The position numbers and the translations under genes were made by a program. 64,000 nt of DNA from the NCBI GenBank assembly GCA_024405515.1, contig JAKSOR010000002.1:14062-78061 (forward strand), in the 5' to 3' direction. This DNA is from Clostridia bacterium. Lineage in GTDB: Bacteria; Bacillota; Clostridia; Christensenellales; CAG-917. Of this stretch, positions 26,001-34,585 are shown in pieces. The notes beneath the pieces were generated by a model. The model was not told the origin of the DNA. It did no database searches and worked only from the letters and a program-made list of their open reading frames with translations. Each line of letters begins with the position of its first letter. Position 1 is the first letter of the stretch.

Positions 26001-28572
26001 TCTGTGTTAATGTGGTGAGTTTTGAGTTGTTTGCAAATGCATAAGGTTTTACATCGCTGCATACAGGAAGCTCAAGTGAAACAAGCTGTGTGTTCTGGAA
26101 TGCTTTTTCATCAATTAAATCAAGAGAACCTTTGAATTCTACTGAGGTAAGACCGCTCTCTGCAAAAGCCTGTTTTCCGATTGCTTTGATATTGTCCGGG
26201 ATTACGATGGTTTCAATACCGGATCTGTAGAAAGCTTTTTCCTGGATTTCAGTAAGATTTGCTGTGAGATTAATGCTTACAAGCTTGGCACATCCCTCAA
26301 AGGCGCTTGCCCCAATGGAATCGACGCCCTGGGAAAGTGTTATTGTCTGAATTGAAGATGCATTTTTGAATGCGCTGTCCGGAACAGTAACTGCATCAAG
26401 GAGAACAACAGAAACAACGGATGCCGGGATTTCTGTATCCTTTCTTGTTCCGAATAAATATGCGAATGTATGTGCGGTATCTGTTTTTGATGCACCTAAG
26501 TACGGGATGGTTACTTCTCTTAAGTTTGTGTCTCCTCCGAGAATGTTTGTTCCTATTTCGGTTACGGTTACAGGAATATATACCGAAGTTAATGATGTAC
26601 ATGATGCAAATGCATTGTTTCCGATTGTCCTGAGAGAGCTCTTTGGAAGAGTTAACTGTTTAAGTGATGCACAGTTGTGGAACGCAAATGTTCCGATGGA
26701 AACAACAGTATCTGGGATTTCGATTGTCTCTACATTCTTGCAGTGATAGAAAGCATTATCGACAAGTTCTGTTATATCGTTTCCGGTTAACTTGACCGTT
26801 TTAAGTGAGGCAGGAACTTGAACCTGACTTTCGGAATATGCTGCATTTCCGTTACCGAAAATGTAAGCAAAATGTCTGAACTGTGCTGAAGCAGTTCTTG
26901 ATTTTCCCATGAAAGGGACAGAAATTGATTTCATTGATGTGCAGCCTCTGAATGCACTGAGTCCGATGGACTGAACTGTTTCAGGAACGGTTGCATTTAA
27001 GATACCATCACAGTTTTCAAATGCGCTCTCGCCTATATTTCTTACTTTGTCTGAGAATGTGACATTTTTAAGTGAAGAGCATCCGAAGAATGTGTTGTCC
27101 GGGATATCCGTTGTGAGTTTTGATATATCTGTGTCAAGAGCTGAGCATCCTTCGAAAACGCTGGTTCCGAGTGCGGTGATTCCGGAAAGATCGAATTTTG
27201 TAATTCCGGAATTTTTGAATGCACTGTCACCGAGTTCTGTGAACTTGGATGGTGTTTCGATTGATGCAAGTTTATAGCAGTTTTCGAAAGCACTTTCTCC
27301 GACATATGTGTTTGAAAGGTCAAGAATCGTTAATGATTCAAGAGCTGTCATATTCTTTGAGAAATTATCACCGATTGCCGAAACATAGCCGAGAGTCAGC
27401 TTTTTGAGTGAATATGTTTTTGTATCGGCAAATTCTTTACCGAACATTTTATGAAGGGTGTCATCTGTTCCGGTGAATCCGAGTGTAGGGAGATAAATCT
27501 CTTCAAGTGAGAAGTCGTTTGCAAAGAGGAAATTAATGCCGTTTGCAACTGTTACAGGCTGATCTATTCTGACTGATTTTAATTTCTGACAGTTCAGGAA
27601 AACCTTTTCCCCGAGAGTGAGATCGGCTGTCCCTGAGAATGAAATACTTGATAAAGCAGTGCAGTCTTCAAATGCTCTGCTGCCTACAGTGAGCATGGAT
27701 TCTGAAGAAATGCTTTCAAGTGCAGGGCAGTTATAGAATGCCTGCATACCGATGGTGGTTGTGCTCCCGAGAGATACTGACTTAAGGTCTGTACAGTTTG
27801 CAAAAGCCCTGTCGCCGATTGCCGGATTTCCCTCAATAACCACCGAAGTGATGGTTTTGTTTGAGAGAGCTTCTTCTTTTATGGCTACGACTTTCATTCC
27901 CTGGATTACATCAGGAATGATGATATTTGTCTCATGTCCTTTATAGTTCGTTACAACTATTTCAGACATGTCATCAGCCGTGTCCGAGAATTCATATTCA
28001 ATGTTATCAAGAGTGAATACTGCGGCAGATTCAACGAAAGCACCGAGCTGGAGCCAGGTGAATCCGAATGCAGCAAGAATTACAACAACTGTAACGATGA
28101 GTAAAAGGCCGCCGAGTTTATAGTTTTTAGGAGCAACGGACTTTTTCTGAAGTCCCATTGTCTTTTTAATAGAATCATCAAGTTCAATCTGTTTCGGCGG
28201 GTCATAAGATACTGCCGTATTGTTCTTTTTGTAGGAATATTTGTAATCACCAAAGTCGGCTGCAACTATCTGTACCTTGAAATCGGTACAGTCATCATGA
28301 ATGAAAATGTCCTCACTAACGCTGAAACTTTCACCGCCGGCGCAGTGTATATCGTGTGATTTTACAAGCTGTTCACCGATTTTGTTTCCTCTCTTATCCA
28401 TTTCAAGGACGAGGAACTGGATTCCGCTGATAGTAGTCTCTTCATTGTTGTCAAAACGGAGGAGTAAACATTTTTTATCATTCTTATATGCAAAAATGAA
28501 CTGTTTTAAAGTTACCTGTTCATTTGACTGCGGATATGAGTAAAAACCTTTCGAAATTATCTGATAGTCCAT
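23068..28572 (-). CDS. 1834-aa type-II membrane protein. It has a ~155-aa cytoplasmic N-terminal domain, one TM, a long extracellular BspA-type (LRR_5-like) leucine-rich repeat array, a Cys-rich knuckle and a C-terminal beta-rich domain.
   Basis: The TM is KNYKLGGLLLIVTVVVILAAFGFTWL. There are dozens of units of the form I(G/P)..AF..C..L.S(I/V).(I/L)P..(V/L)..I. Near the C-terminus the sequence reads CPACGDEYSTTAPGSHDLDENNECKVCHW. No N-terminal signal peptide is present. Confidence 0.85.
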   Translation of the reverse strand: MDYQIISKGFYSYPQSNEQVTLKQFIFAYKNDKKCLLLRFDNNEETTISGIQFLVLEMDKRGNKIGEQLVKSHDIHCAGGESFSVSEDIFIHDDCTDFKVQIVAADFGDYKYSYKKNNTAVSYDPPKQIELDDSIKKTMGLQKKSVAPKNYKLGGLLLIVTVVVILAAFGFTWLQLGAFVESAAVFTLDNIEYEFSDTADDMSEIVVTNYKGHETNIIIPDVIQGMKVVAIKEEALSNKTITSVVIEGNPAIGDRAFANCTDLKSVSLGSTTTIGMQAFYNCPALESISSESMLTVGSRAFEDCTALSSISFSGTADLTLGEKVFLNCQKLKSVRIDQPVTVANGINFLFANDFSLEEIYLPTLGFTGTDDTLHKMFGKEFADTKTYSLKKLTLGYVSAIGDNFSKNMTALESLTILDLSNTYVGESAFENCYKLASIETPSKFTELGDSAFKNSGITKFDLSGITALGTSVFEGCSALDTDISKLTTDIPDNTFFGCSSLKNVTFSDKVRNIGESAFENCDGILNATVPETVQSIGLSAFRGCTSMKSISVPFMGKSRTASAQFRHFAYIFGNGNAAYSESQVQVPASLKTVKLTGNDITELVDNAFYHCKNVETIEIPDTVVSIGTFAFHNCASLKQLTLPKSSLRTIGNNAFASCTSLTSVYIPVTVTEIGTNILGGDTNLREVTIPYLGASKTDTAHTFAYLFGTRKDTEIPASVVSVVLLDAVTVPDSAFKNASSIQTITLSQGVDSIGASAFEGCAKLVSINLTANLTEIQEKAFYRSGIETIVIPDNIKAIGKQAFAESGLTSVEFKGSLDLIDEKAFQNTQLVSLELPVCSDVKPYAFANNSKLTTLTQKDGATLISENEFNSCAALTEATIAETVTTIGQNSFLGCGSLVKLSLPYVGNRNGDEYGYLAYIFGSGIAVNGNKYVPETLREVALTKATLIPQNAFYGLTSLKRVSLNDDIKTIESNAFDGCTSLNYINIPSGLIDDIESNAFNNCYKLVEIINPSPFTAVAPNPLAVYDSETAYIADSEKFTDENGFEFYKADVTHGGDWYLVDYDHSKTELTLPQTPSGENARGIVRTASKYNIIGHFAEANTAITKIGIAACISSIGDYAFSENASLESILFPEDTCYLREIGSYAFNSCAKLKDAKIPDGTETISDFAFAYDSSLSAVYLPFSLSEANIGESAFIGCPVLYDVYNLTSFDIEQGSDNHGYVAKNALLIHNNKTKKSLYDSVYGDFVFKTNGIDWFLYALNSMMPENLVLGEFESAEGDAYDGLPFQYKVLGGIFNANPAIKSVSVSGAVTVLPENCFAGCTSLTTADLSGASSLKVLADSMFSGCLNLSAVTLPSASVNLTSFGEEVFKNCSSLLALTIPSTVTEIGESAFENCYRLEDINIPENLESISRKTYYNCYRLYNITLPSSLLSIGEQAFYNCYGLSVLTLPENLESISTEAFTGCKHLYGIINLSGLTVVTGTTSNGQVSLYAKEVVQSAGALSVNTLRDGEFYYVSYSLYNADKWYLYSISGETENGLLELADSFEFEGSEINSYTVAELSMTNPDSHIDKIIAPSSIALFSNLWFQNPNNFTGTVYYKGTATTWPSIRSNRSFGDITVLYYAACVHENTQWTLTAAGEISTEINHFVPDRVESDNCDIEVYTIFKCPACGDEYSTTAPGSHDLDENNECKVCHWTLINSANAKTREEITLTDIFQGVSYVAYEDNAVVLKSKCSQKQYYTAIEIKAPEGKSVEADFSYFVDFKSSSSELQVFINDALSQDGIKVTADPVHYSITLNSGNSLKFRINNTSLSANSTANDKVYLYGLKIKTKDID

Positions 28573-28575
28573 GGT

Positions 28576-29262
28576 TTAACCTTTTTTCTCCTTCAGTTTG
28601 AGTCCCACAATGAGGGCTGCGGTTGCTATCGCACTCAGTCCGAGACCTATACCTATGGTAATAAAAATGCTGCCTAATGATGAATTGAACAGTTCCGCAT
28701 AAAGTCCGCCGACCATCTGGGAAAGGCAGTATTTAATAATAAAACACTCGGCAGTGATTAAAATGGCACTGATTACGCAGAACGGAATCAGTCTCTTAAG
28801 CTCAATGCTTGAGTGCTCGTCTTTTTCAATTTTGTCGTTATTAACCTGGTTGAGAATAAGGGATACGTATGAGGTTCCTTCAGGGAGTGCAATGATTGAT
28901 GTGGTTCCTTTCTTTTCAATGAGTTCCTTTACTGCAAGGACCTTGATGATTTTGTTTTCATCATCGAATGCCACTATATCAAAATCAATGTACTGGATGT
29001 CATCACGTATTTTTGCATAAAAGTATGACTGTGTTCCCTTTTCGTAAAGAATGTACTGGTTGATGTATTTTCTGATTTTAAGGGCAGGTACAAATAAAAT
29101 CCCGATACCGCTGGCATCTTTGAACTTTTTGATGCCTCTGTCTGAGGAAGATGTGATTTTGTAACGCGATTTAAGGAAAATTCTTGCAAGCGGAAATACT
29201 ATGATTAATGCCACTGCGACTATTGTTGCGAAAATTATTCCGATCCAGCCTGCAACACTCAT
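28576..29262 (-). CDS. 228-aa membrane protein, first gene of the operon. It has TM1, a ~130-aa cytoplasmic domain and two C-terminal TMs.
   Basis: The start at ATG 29262 is preferred over the track start at 29403. GGAGA lies 6-7 nt upstream (minus-strand context GCGAGGAGACTAAAAATG), and the predicted promoter lies inside the longer ORF. The protein begins MSVAGWIGIIFATIVAVALIIVF. The C-terminal helices are LIPFCVISAILITAECFII and IFITIGIGLGLSAIATAALIVGL. Confidence 0.7.
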   Translation of the reverse strand: MSVAGWIGIIFATIVAVALIIVFPLARIFLKSRYKITSSSDRGIKKFKDASGIGILFVPALKIRKYINQYILYEKGTQSYFYAKIRDDIQYIDFDIVAFDDENKIIKVLAVKELIEKKGTTSIIALPEGTSYVSLILNQVNNDKIEKDEHSSIELKRLIPFCVISAILITAECFIIKYCLSQMVGGLYAELFNSSLGSIFITIGIGLGLSAIATAALIVGLKLKEKKG

Positions 29263-29298
29263 TTTTAGTCTCCTCGCAATTAATAATAAATTATTAAG

Positions 29299-29327
29299 AT
29301 TGTAAGGAATTACCCGAAGATAGTCAA
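29299..29327 (-). promoter_or_regulatory. Sigma-A-type promoter of the large operon: TTGACT, 17 nt spacer, TACAAT
   Basis: Minus strand reading: -35 TTGACT (29322-29327), 17-nt spacer, -10 TACAAT (29299-29304). The -10 lies about 35 nt upstream of the ATG at 29262. Confidence 0.55.
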
Positions 29328-29414
29328 TTTCGAGAAAAAAGTTAATTATTAAAGTATCATATTGTGGTAAAGAGAACAAATATACACAATATGTTGTGCG
29401 CACATATATATGCG

Positions 29415-30056
29415 CTAGTCAAACCTGCATCCGCAGTAGTCCTGACGGTAGATGCCCCATTCCTTTGAAAGCTGGCACGATTTAAGATATCCGTCTTTCT
29501 TTTTGAAATTGGAATCGAGGTATTTTATCCCGAGTTTTCCGGCTATTCTGTTGCCTGTCTCATTAATCAGGATATGGTTTTTGTGAGGGGAGACAGTGAG
29601 CGTTGTGGCAAAGAAATCAAACTCATTTTCGTGGGCCTTAAAATAAGCTGCCGTACCCCCTAAACGTATGTCAAAACATATGCTGCATCTGGACTGTCCT
29701 TCAGGCAGATTTTCCATGCCTTTCACATACGGCAGATACTCTTCCTGATTATATTCAGGCACGATAAGTTTTACATCACTAAAATGCAAAATAACGGTTT
29801 TAAGTGCCTCTAATCTACGGATAAACTCCTCTTTTGGTAAAATATTCGGATTGTAAAAATATACTGTTATATCGAAATAATCGTGAAGATAATCGAGCAC
29901 GGAAGTGGAACACGGGCCACAGCAGGCATGCAGTAAAAGCCTTCTTTTCTGACCTGTTTCTTTCGCTTTTTCAATCTCATATTCAACTGTTCCGATGGAT
30001 GGTTTTGTCATAATAAATGAATTGTAAAATAGCACGGGAATATAGTCAAGGGCCAT
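29415..30056 (-). CDS. queH: Epoxyqueuosine reductase QueH (DUF208 family)
   Basis: Motifs LLLHACCGPCS, SRCSICF, TTLTVSPHKN and the C-terminal YRQDYCGC. The start is uncertain (ATG at 30056 or at 30011, the latter giving MTKPSIG). Confidence 0.85.
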   Translation of the reverse strand: MALDYIPVLFYNSFIMTKPSIGTVEYEIEKAKETGQKRRLLLHACCGPCSTSVLDYLHDYFDITVYFYNPNILPKEEFIRRLEALKTVILHFSDVKLIVPEYNQEEYLPYVKGMENLPEGQSRCSICFDIRLGGTAAYFKAHENEFDFFATTLTVSPHKNHILINETGNRIAGKLGIKYLDSNFKKKDGYLKSCQLSKEWGIYRQDYCGCRFD

Positions 30057-30106
30057 TAGGAATAATTCGGTTGCCTATTCGTGTTATACATAGTATAATC
30101 TTCTTT

Positions 30107-31624
30107 ATGATTACTATAAACACTTCGCTTTATAATTTTATGAAAAATTATCATGATAAGGGCAGTACAATGGCTCTTGCATTTGGTAATTTTCAGATGG
30201 ATTTTCCCGAATTTTTCTCGGAAACAGAAAAAATCGCTAAGTCTTTTTACAAAATCGGTGTGAGAAAGGGTGATGTTGTTGTCATTGCTCTTCCAAATAT
30301 TCCTCAGTGTGTAGTTGCAGTTTATGCTCTTTCCAGAATCGGTGCGGTTGCCTCAATGGTACATCCGGCTGTCGGCAAAGAGGATTTTTCAAGAATTATA
30401 AAAGAACAGAATCCTAAGGCAGTTCTTCTTTCTGCCATTAATTACAAAAAGTTCAGGAAATGCTGCGGCAAGAAAAAAATCGTATACTGCCCGTACACAG
30501 TTTATGCATATTTAGGTCTTCCGAGAGGCAAAGAATTCGAGCCATATACAGGAGACGGAAGTGATCCTATGTTTTATCTCCAGTCCGGAGGAACGATGGG
30601 CGTTCCGAAGACGGTAGTGCTTTCGTCAAAATCCTGCAATGCTATGGCATACAACCTTCTTTTCTATCTTGATGACAGATTTTCCGAAAAAACCTGTATG
30701 CTTTCGGCACTGCCTATGTTCCATACACTGGGACTCGGAGCTGGAATGCATGCACCGCTTTGTGCATCAATGCCGATTGTTCTTCAGCCGAAATTTGATG
30801 CAGTCCGTACAACAGAACTTATAGAAAAATACAATTGCACTTGTATGCTTGCAGTGCCTAGAATGGTAGACAAACTCCTGAATTTTACTGGATTCACATC
30901 GCAGATGACTAAGTCACTTCAGGATGTGTTCGTAGGCGGAGATGCCCTTTCACCAAAGACCCAGATAAAATTCAAGGAAATGATGGAAAAGGGAAACCTT
31001 CAGGCAAAACTTTATCCTGGATACGGTCTTACCGAGTCTTCGATATGCTTCCTCTCTAAAGGGAATGCTCCGTATGGTTCAATCGGTAAACCGCTGTTTT
31101 CAATTGAATACATGATAGTGGATGAGAACGAAAAACCTGTAAATCAGGGCGAAATAGGAGAACTTTATATTGCTTCCGATCAGGCAATGGTAGGCTATCT
31201 CAATGACGCAGAGGCCACAGATATGGTTCTCACAGAAATAGACGGAAAGAAATATGTCAGAACAGGTGACTATTTCAAAGAAGATGAAAACGGATTCCTT
31301 TTCTATGAAGGAAGAAAGAAGAGACTTATCAAAATTTCCGGCATGAATGTTTTCCCGACAGAAATCGAAAATACCGCAAAGGAACTCCCGTTTGTCGGTG
31401 AATGTGCCGCAATTGAGTATATAAAAGATAATAAAAACCATACCCGACTTCTTGTTGAGGGGCAGCTTACTGATGAAGAAAAGCAGAAAATCATAGTGCA
31501 CATAGCATCAAAGTTGTCCCACTGGTCAATTCCTCATGATGTTGTTTGCTTAGACCGTTTTTACAGAACGAAGATAGGGAAAATAGATATTAAGAGGCTT
31601 CAGGATGAATATCAAAAAGATTGA
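30107..31624 (+). CDS. AMP-dependent synthetase/ligase (acyl-CoA synthetase-like)
   Basis: The AMP-binding family motif equivalent is YLQSGGTMGVPKTVVLS; also GYGLTES and TGDYFKEDENGFLFYEGRKKRLIK. The track start at 30017 would overlap queH. ATG 30107 follows a TATAAT-like box at 30094-30099, but the start remains uncertain. Confidence 0.8.
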   Translation: MITINTSLYNFMKNYHDKGSTMALAFGNFQMDFPEFFSETEKIAKSFYKIGVRKGDVVVIALPNIPQCVVAVYALSRIGAVASMVHPAVGKEDFSRIIKEQNPKAVLLSAINYKKFRKCCGKKKIVYCPYTVYAYLGLPRGKEFEPYTGDGSDPMFYLQSGGTMGVPKTVVLSSKSCNAMAYNLLFYLDDRFSEKTCMLSALPMFHTLGLGAGMHAPLCASMPIVLQPKFDAVRTTELIEKYNCTCMLAVPRMVDKLLNFTGFTSQMTKSLQDVFVGGDALSPKTQIKFKEMMEKGNLQAKLYPGYGLTESSICFLSKGNAPYGSIGKPLFSIEYMIVDENEKPVNQGEIGELYIASDQAMVGYLNDAEATDMVLTEIDGKKYVRTGDYFKEDENGFLFYEGRKKRLIKISGMNVFPTEIENTAKELPFVGECAAIEYIKDNKNHTRLLVEGQLTDEEKQKIIVHIASKLSHWSIPHDVVCLDRFYRTKIGKIDIKRLQDEYQKD

Positions 31625-33338
31625 AAAGAAAGTCCATGAGATTGCTCCGTCCGTAAAGGTGGAGGAATATAATGGCTGTGTCAGACTCACAGGAGAACTT
31701 GACAAATGGGCAGATGTCTATAAGTGCGGCAGAGCTGCTGTATGTAAGGATTCTCTCGGAGTTCTCAATGATATAACCTTAAAAGGTTATACATCCCAGA
31801 TGAAGATGCCTTCGGTGAAGGATAATTCACTTGACGGCAAAAAGGTTGATGTGCTCGTTATCGGCGGCGGAATCACCGGCTGCGCCATATTAAGAGAGGT
31901 CATGCGTCTTAATGTATCGGCACTGCTTGTTGAAAAAGCAAACGATGTGGCTATGGCATCATCCTCAAGAAATGACGGCTGTATCCATGTAGGCATAGAC
32001 CTTCACAAGGGTCAGCAGAAACTTAAATACGTTTTAAGAGGTAACGAACTTTACGATACCCTCAAAGAAGACCTTGATATACAGTTCAAACGCTGGGCAC
32101 AGATGGTTATGTTCTCAACAAAATGGGAAAAGACAATCATCCCGCCTCTTTTCAAACTCAAGGCAAAAATGCTCGGCATAAAGCAGGTCGAATTTTACAA
32201 GACCGTAGATGTCAAGAATTATGAACCGGATCCGCCATCATGGTGCACAGGCGCTATGTTTATGGGAACCGGCGGTGTTATTTCCCCATACAAAACAACA
32301 GTAGCACTTGCAAACAATGCAATTGAAAACGGTGCCGAAATCTCATTAAGCACGGTTGTTCTCGGCATGGAAACAAAAGACGGGAAGGTGGTTTCCGTCA
32401 GCACAAACAGGGGAACAGTATATCCGAAAATCGTAGTCAATGCAGCCGGTGTCTTTTCTGATAAAATTGCGGAAATGGCAGGAGACAGAACATTTACGAT
32501 TCATCCGAGAAAGGGAACAGATATCATCCTTGATAAGAAAAAAGCAGGATATGCCCTTTCTTCATACAACAGAAGTTATTTTGCACCTCTTCCTGAGGCA
32601 AACCGTCCTGATGTCACGGAAGATGTCGGTCACACAAAGGGTGGCGGCGTCATGAGAACGGTAGACAATAATATCTTAGTCGGTCCTGATGCACATGAGG
32701 TCCCTGACAGAGAAGACTATACGACAAATATGCTCGACATCAACAATATGCTTAAAAAACAGGTTCTCTGCGCAGAGAAGATGACGAAGGCAGATGTCAT
32801 TACGTATTTCTCAGGAATAAGAGCAGCAACATATGAAGAAGACTTTGTTGTCCGTCGTGGTATTTTCACCAAAAACATCTACGAGGCAGCAGGTATTCAG
32901 TCACCTGGTATCACAGCAGCTCCTGCAATTGCAGAAGACATTGTAAAGTGGATCAGGGAAGATTATAAATTCGAAGATAACAAATCATTTAATCCAAAAT
33001 ATACCCACACACCGCGTCTTGCTGATCTGCCTGATGAGGAAAGGGAAAAATGGATTAAGAAAAATGCAGCATACGGTGAAATTGTCTGCAGATGTGAGGA
33101 AGTATCAAAGGGCGAAATAATTGATGCTCTTGAGCAGCCTCTTCACGTTGCAACAGTTGACGGCGTAAAGAGAAGAGTCAGACCGGGAATGGGAAGATGC
33201 CAGGGTGGTTTCTGTTCTCCTACAGTTGCGAAAATCATTGCTGAACACGAAGGTATAACTGTTGAGGAAGTTCTTAAATCCGATGGAAATTCCAATCTCG
33301 TTTTCGGAGATACAAAGGGAGGTAACGACAATGACTGA
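31605..33338 (+). CDS. FAD-dependent glycerol-3-phosphate dehydrogenase-like oxidoreductase with a C-terminal BFD-like [2Fe-2S] domain
   Basis: The dinucleotide fold is VDVLVIGGGITGCAILRE. The C-terminal motif is CRCEEVSKGEIIDAL...RPGMGRCQGGFC. It sits in the conserved trio with the next two genes. Confidence 0.8.
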   Translation: MNIKKIEKKVHEIAPSVKVEEYNGCVRLTGELDKWADVYKCGRAAVCKDSLGVLNDITLKGYTSQMKMPSVKDNSLDGKKVDVLVIGGGITGCAILREVMRLNVSALLVEKANDVAMASSSRNDGCIHVGIDLHKGQQKLKYVLRGNELYDTLKEDLDIQFKRWAQMVMFSTKWEKTIIPPLFKLKAKMLGIKQVEFYKTVDVKNYEPDPPSWCTGAMFMGTGGVISPYKTTVALANNAIENGAEISLSTVVLGMETKDGKVVSVSTNRGTVYPKIVVNAAGVFSDKIAEMAGDRTFTIHPRKGTDIILDKKKAGYALSSYNRSYFAPLPEANRPDVTEDVGHTKGGGVMRTVDNNILVGPDAHEVPDREDYTTNMLDINNMLKKQVLCAEKMTKADVITYFSGIRAATYEEDFVVRRGIFTKNIYEAAGIQSPGITAAPAIAEDIVKWIREDYKFEDNKSFNPKYTHTPRLADLPDEEREKWIKKNAAYGEIVCRCEEVSKGEIIDALEQPLHVATVDGVKRRVRPGMGRCQGGFCSPTVAKIIAEHEGITVEEVLKSDGNSNLVFGDTKGGNDND

Positions 33339-34584
33339 ACATTCATATGACGTTATCGTAATCGGCGGCGGACCAGCAGGACTTGCTGCAGCAAAGAGCG
33401 CAAAAGAGAATGGCGGAAACGTTGCCATTATCGAAAGAGAGCCTAGACTCGGCGGTATTTTAAAGCAGTGTGTTCACGACGGATTCGGTCTTATCAGATT
33501 CGGCGAAAAACTTGCCGGACCGGAATACAGCGAGAGATACATTGACTTTGTCAAAGAACTTAACATTGATGCATTTACCCTTACATTTGTTACCAAAATT
33601 GCAAAAGAGGGAGATAAATATATCATTACTGCTGTATCAAGTGCCGGTATTGAGAAATTCATCACAAAATCAATAGTGCTTGCAACAGGCTGCAGGGAAA
33701 GAACAGCCAAGCAGGTATTCATTCAGGGCACAAGACCGGCCGGTGTATTCACGGCAGGAACAGCTCAGAATTTTGTTAACCTTCAGGGAAAACTTCCTAC
33801 TAAGAAATGTGTCATTTTAGGTTCAGGAGACATAGGTCTTATCATGGCAAGAAGATTGACACTTGAAGGTGCAGAGGTCGAAGGTGTATACGAAGTAAAA
33901 CCTACTCCTTCAGGCCTTACACGTAATATTCATCAGTGTCTTCATGACTTTGATATCCCACTCTATTTAAGTCACACGGTAACAAGGGTTTTCGGTGTGG
34001 ACAGACTTGAGGCAGTTGAAGTGGCAAAAGTCGACGAAAAGATGAACCCGATTAAGGGAACGGAAAGAAAAATCGAATGTGATGCACTTATCCTTTCAGT
34101 AGGTCTTATACCAGAGAACGAACTTGCAGAGAATTTAGGTATAAAGATTAACGGATTCACAAAAGGACCGGACTGTGACCAGACATTCATGACAAGCATG
34201 GACGGCGTGTTCTCATGTGGCAACGCACTTAACGTTTTTGACCTCGTGGATTATGTTTCGGAGTGCTCTGAAGCAGCAGGTAAAAATGCAGTCGGATATA
34301 CCCCTTCTGGAAAGAATGTCCAGATAAAGAAAGGGAAAGGACTTTTATCATATATCCCTCACAGAATCGATCTTACAAAGGATTATTCAAAAGTTCTTCT
34401 CTTCTTCAGGGCAGCAAAAGACATGGATAAGGCTGAACTCAAGATTATGGTAAACGGAAAAGAAGCATTTTCAAAGAAATACAGCTGTCTCCGTCCGCCT
34501 GAAATGCAGAGACTTGAAATGGACTTCACAGCTCTCGGAATAAAAGAAAATTCCGAGATAGAGATTTTGGTGGAGGAAAAGTAA
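33331..34584 (+). CDS. NAD(P)/FAD-dependent pyridine-nucleotide-disulfide oxidoreductase (partner subunit)
   Basis: AAGGGAGG lies at 33315-33322 before the ATG at 33331. Motifs are YDVIVIGGGPAGLAAA and a second Rossmann motif, VILGSGDIGLIMA. It overlaps the upstream stop by 8 nt. Confidence 0.85.
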   Translation: MTEHSYDVIVIGGGPAGLAAAKSAKENGGNVAIIEREPRLGGILKQCVHDGFGLIRFGEKLAGPEYSERYIDFVKELNIDAFTLTFVTKIAKEGDKYIITAVSSAGIEKFITKSIVLATGCRERTAKQVFIQGTRPAGVFTAGTAQNFVNLQGKLPTKKCVILGSGDIGLIMARRLTLEGAEVEGVYEVKPTPSGLTRNIHQCLHDFDIPLYLSHTVTRVFGVDRLEAVEVAKVDEKMNPIKGTERKIECDALILSVGLIPENELAENLGIKINGFTKGPDCDQTFMTSMDGVFSCGNALNVFDLVDYVSECSEAAGKNAVGYTPSGKNVQIKKGKGLLSYIPHRIDLTKDYSKVLLFFRAAKDMDKAELKIMVNGKEAFSKKYSCLRPPEMQRLEMDFTALGIKENSEIEILVEEK

Positions 34585-34585
34585 T

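Noticed and set aside
29263-29403. The track ORF extends the first operon gene by 47 aa (MRTTYCVYLFSLPQ...).
   Set aside because: The extension covers the predicted promoter and lacks an RBS. The ATG at 29262 has GGAGA at proper spacing and begins directly with a TM helix.
29398-29415. The palindrome GCGCACATATATATGCGC, directly after the queH stop, as a terminator.
   Set aside because: It has only a 4-5-bp GC clamp around an AT core and no following U-tract on the minus strand. It is too weak to call.
30017-30106. A 30-aa N-terminal extension of the AMP-ligase ORF overlapping the queH start. Similar extensions occur at 33262-33330 and 44207-44251.
   Set aside because: The extensions overlap upstream genes or regulatory boxes. 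Downstream ATGs have good RBS or stop-start coupling, and their N-termini match the expected family starts (YDVIVIGGG and MKVLFVCSSN).
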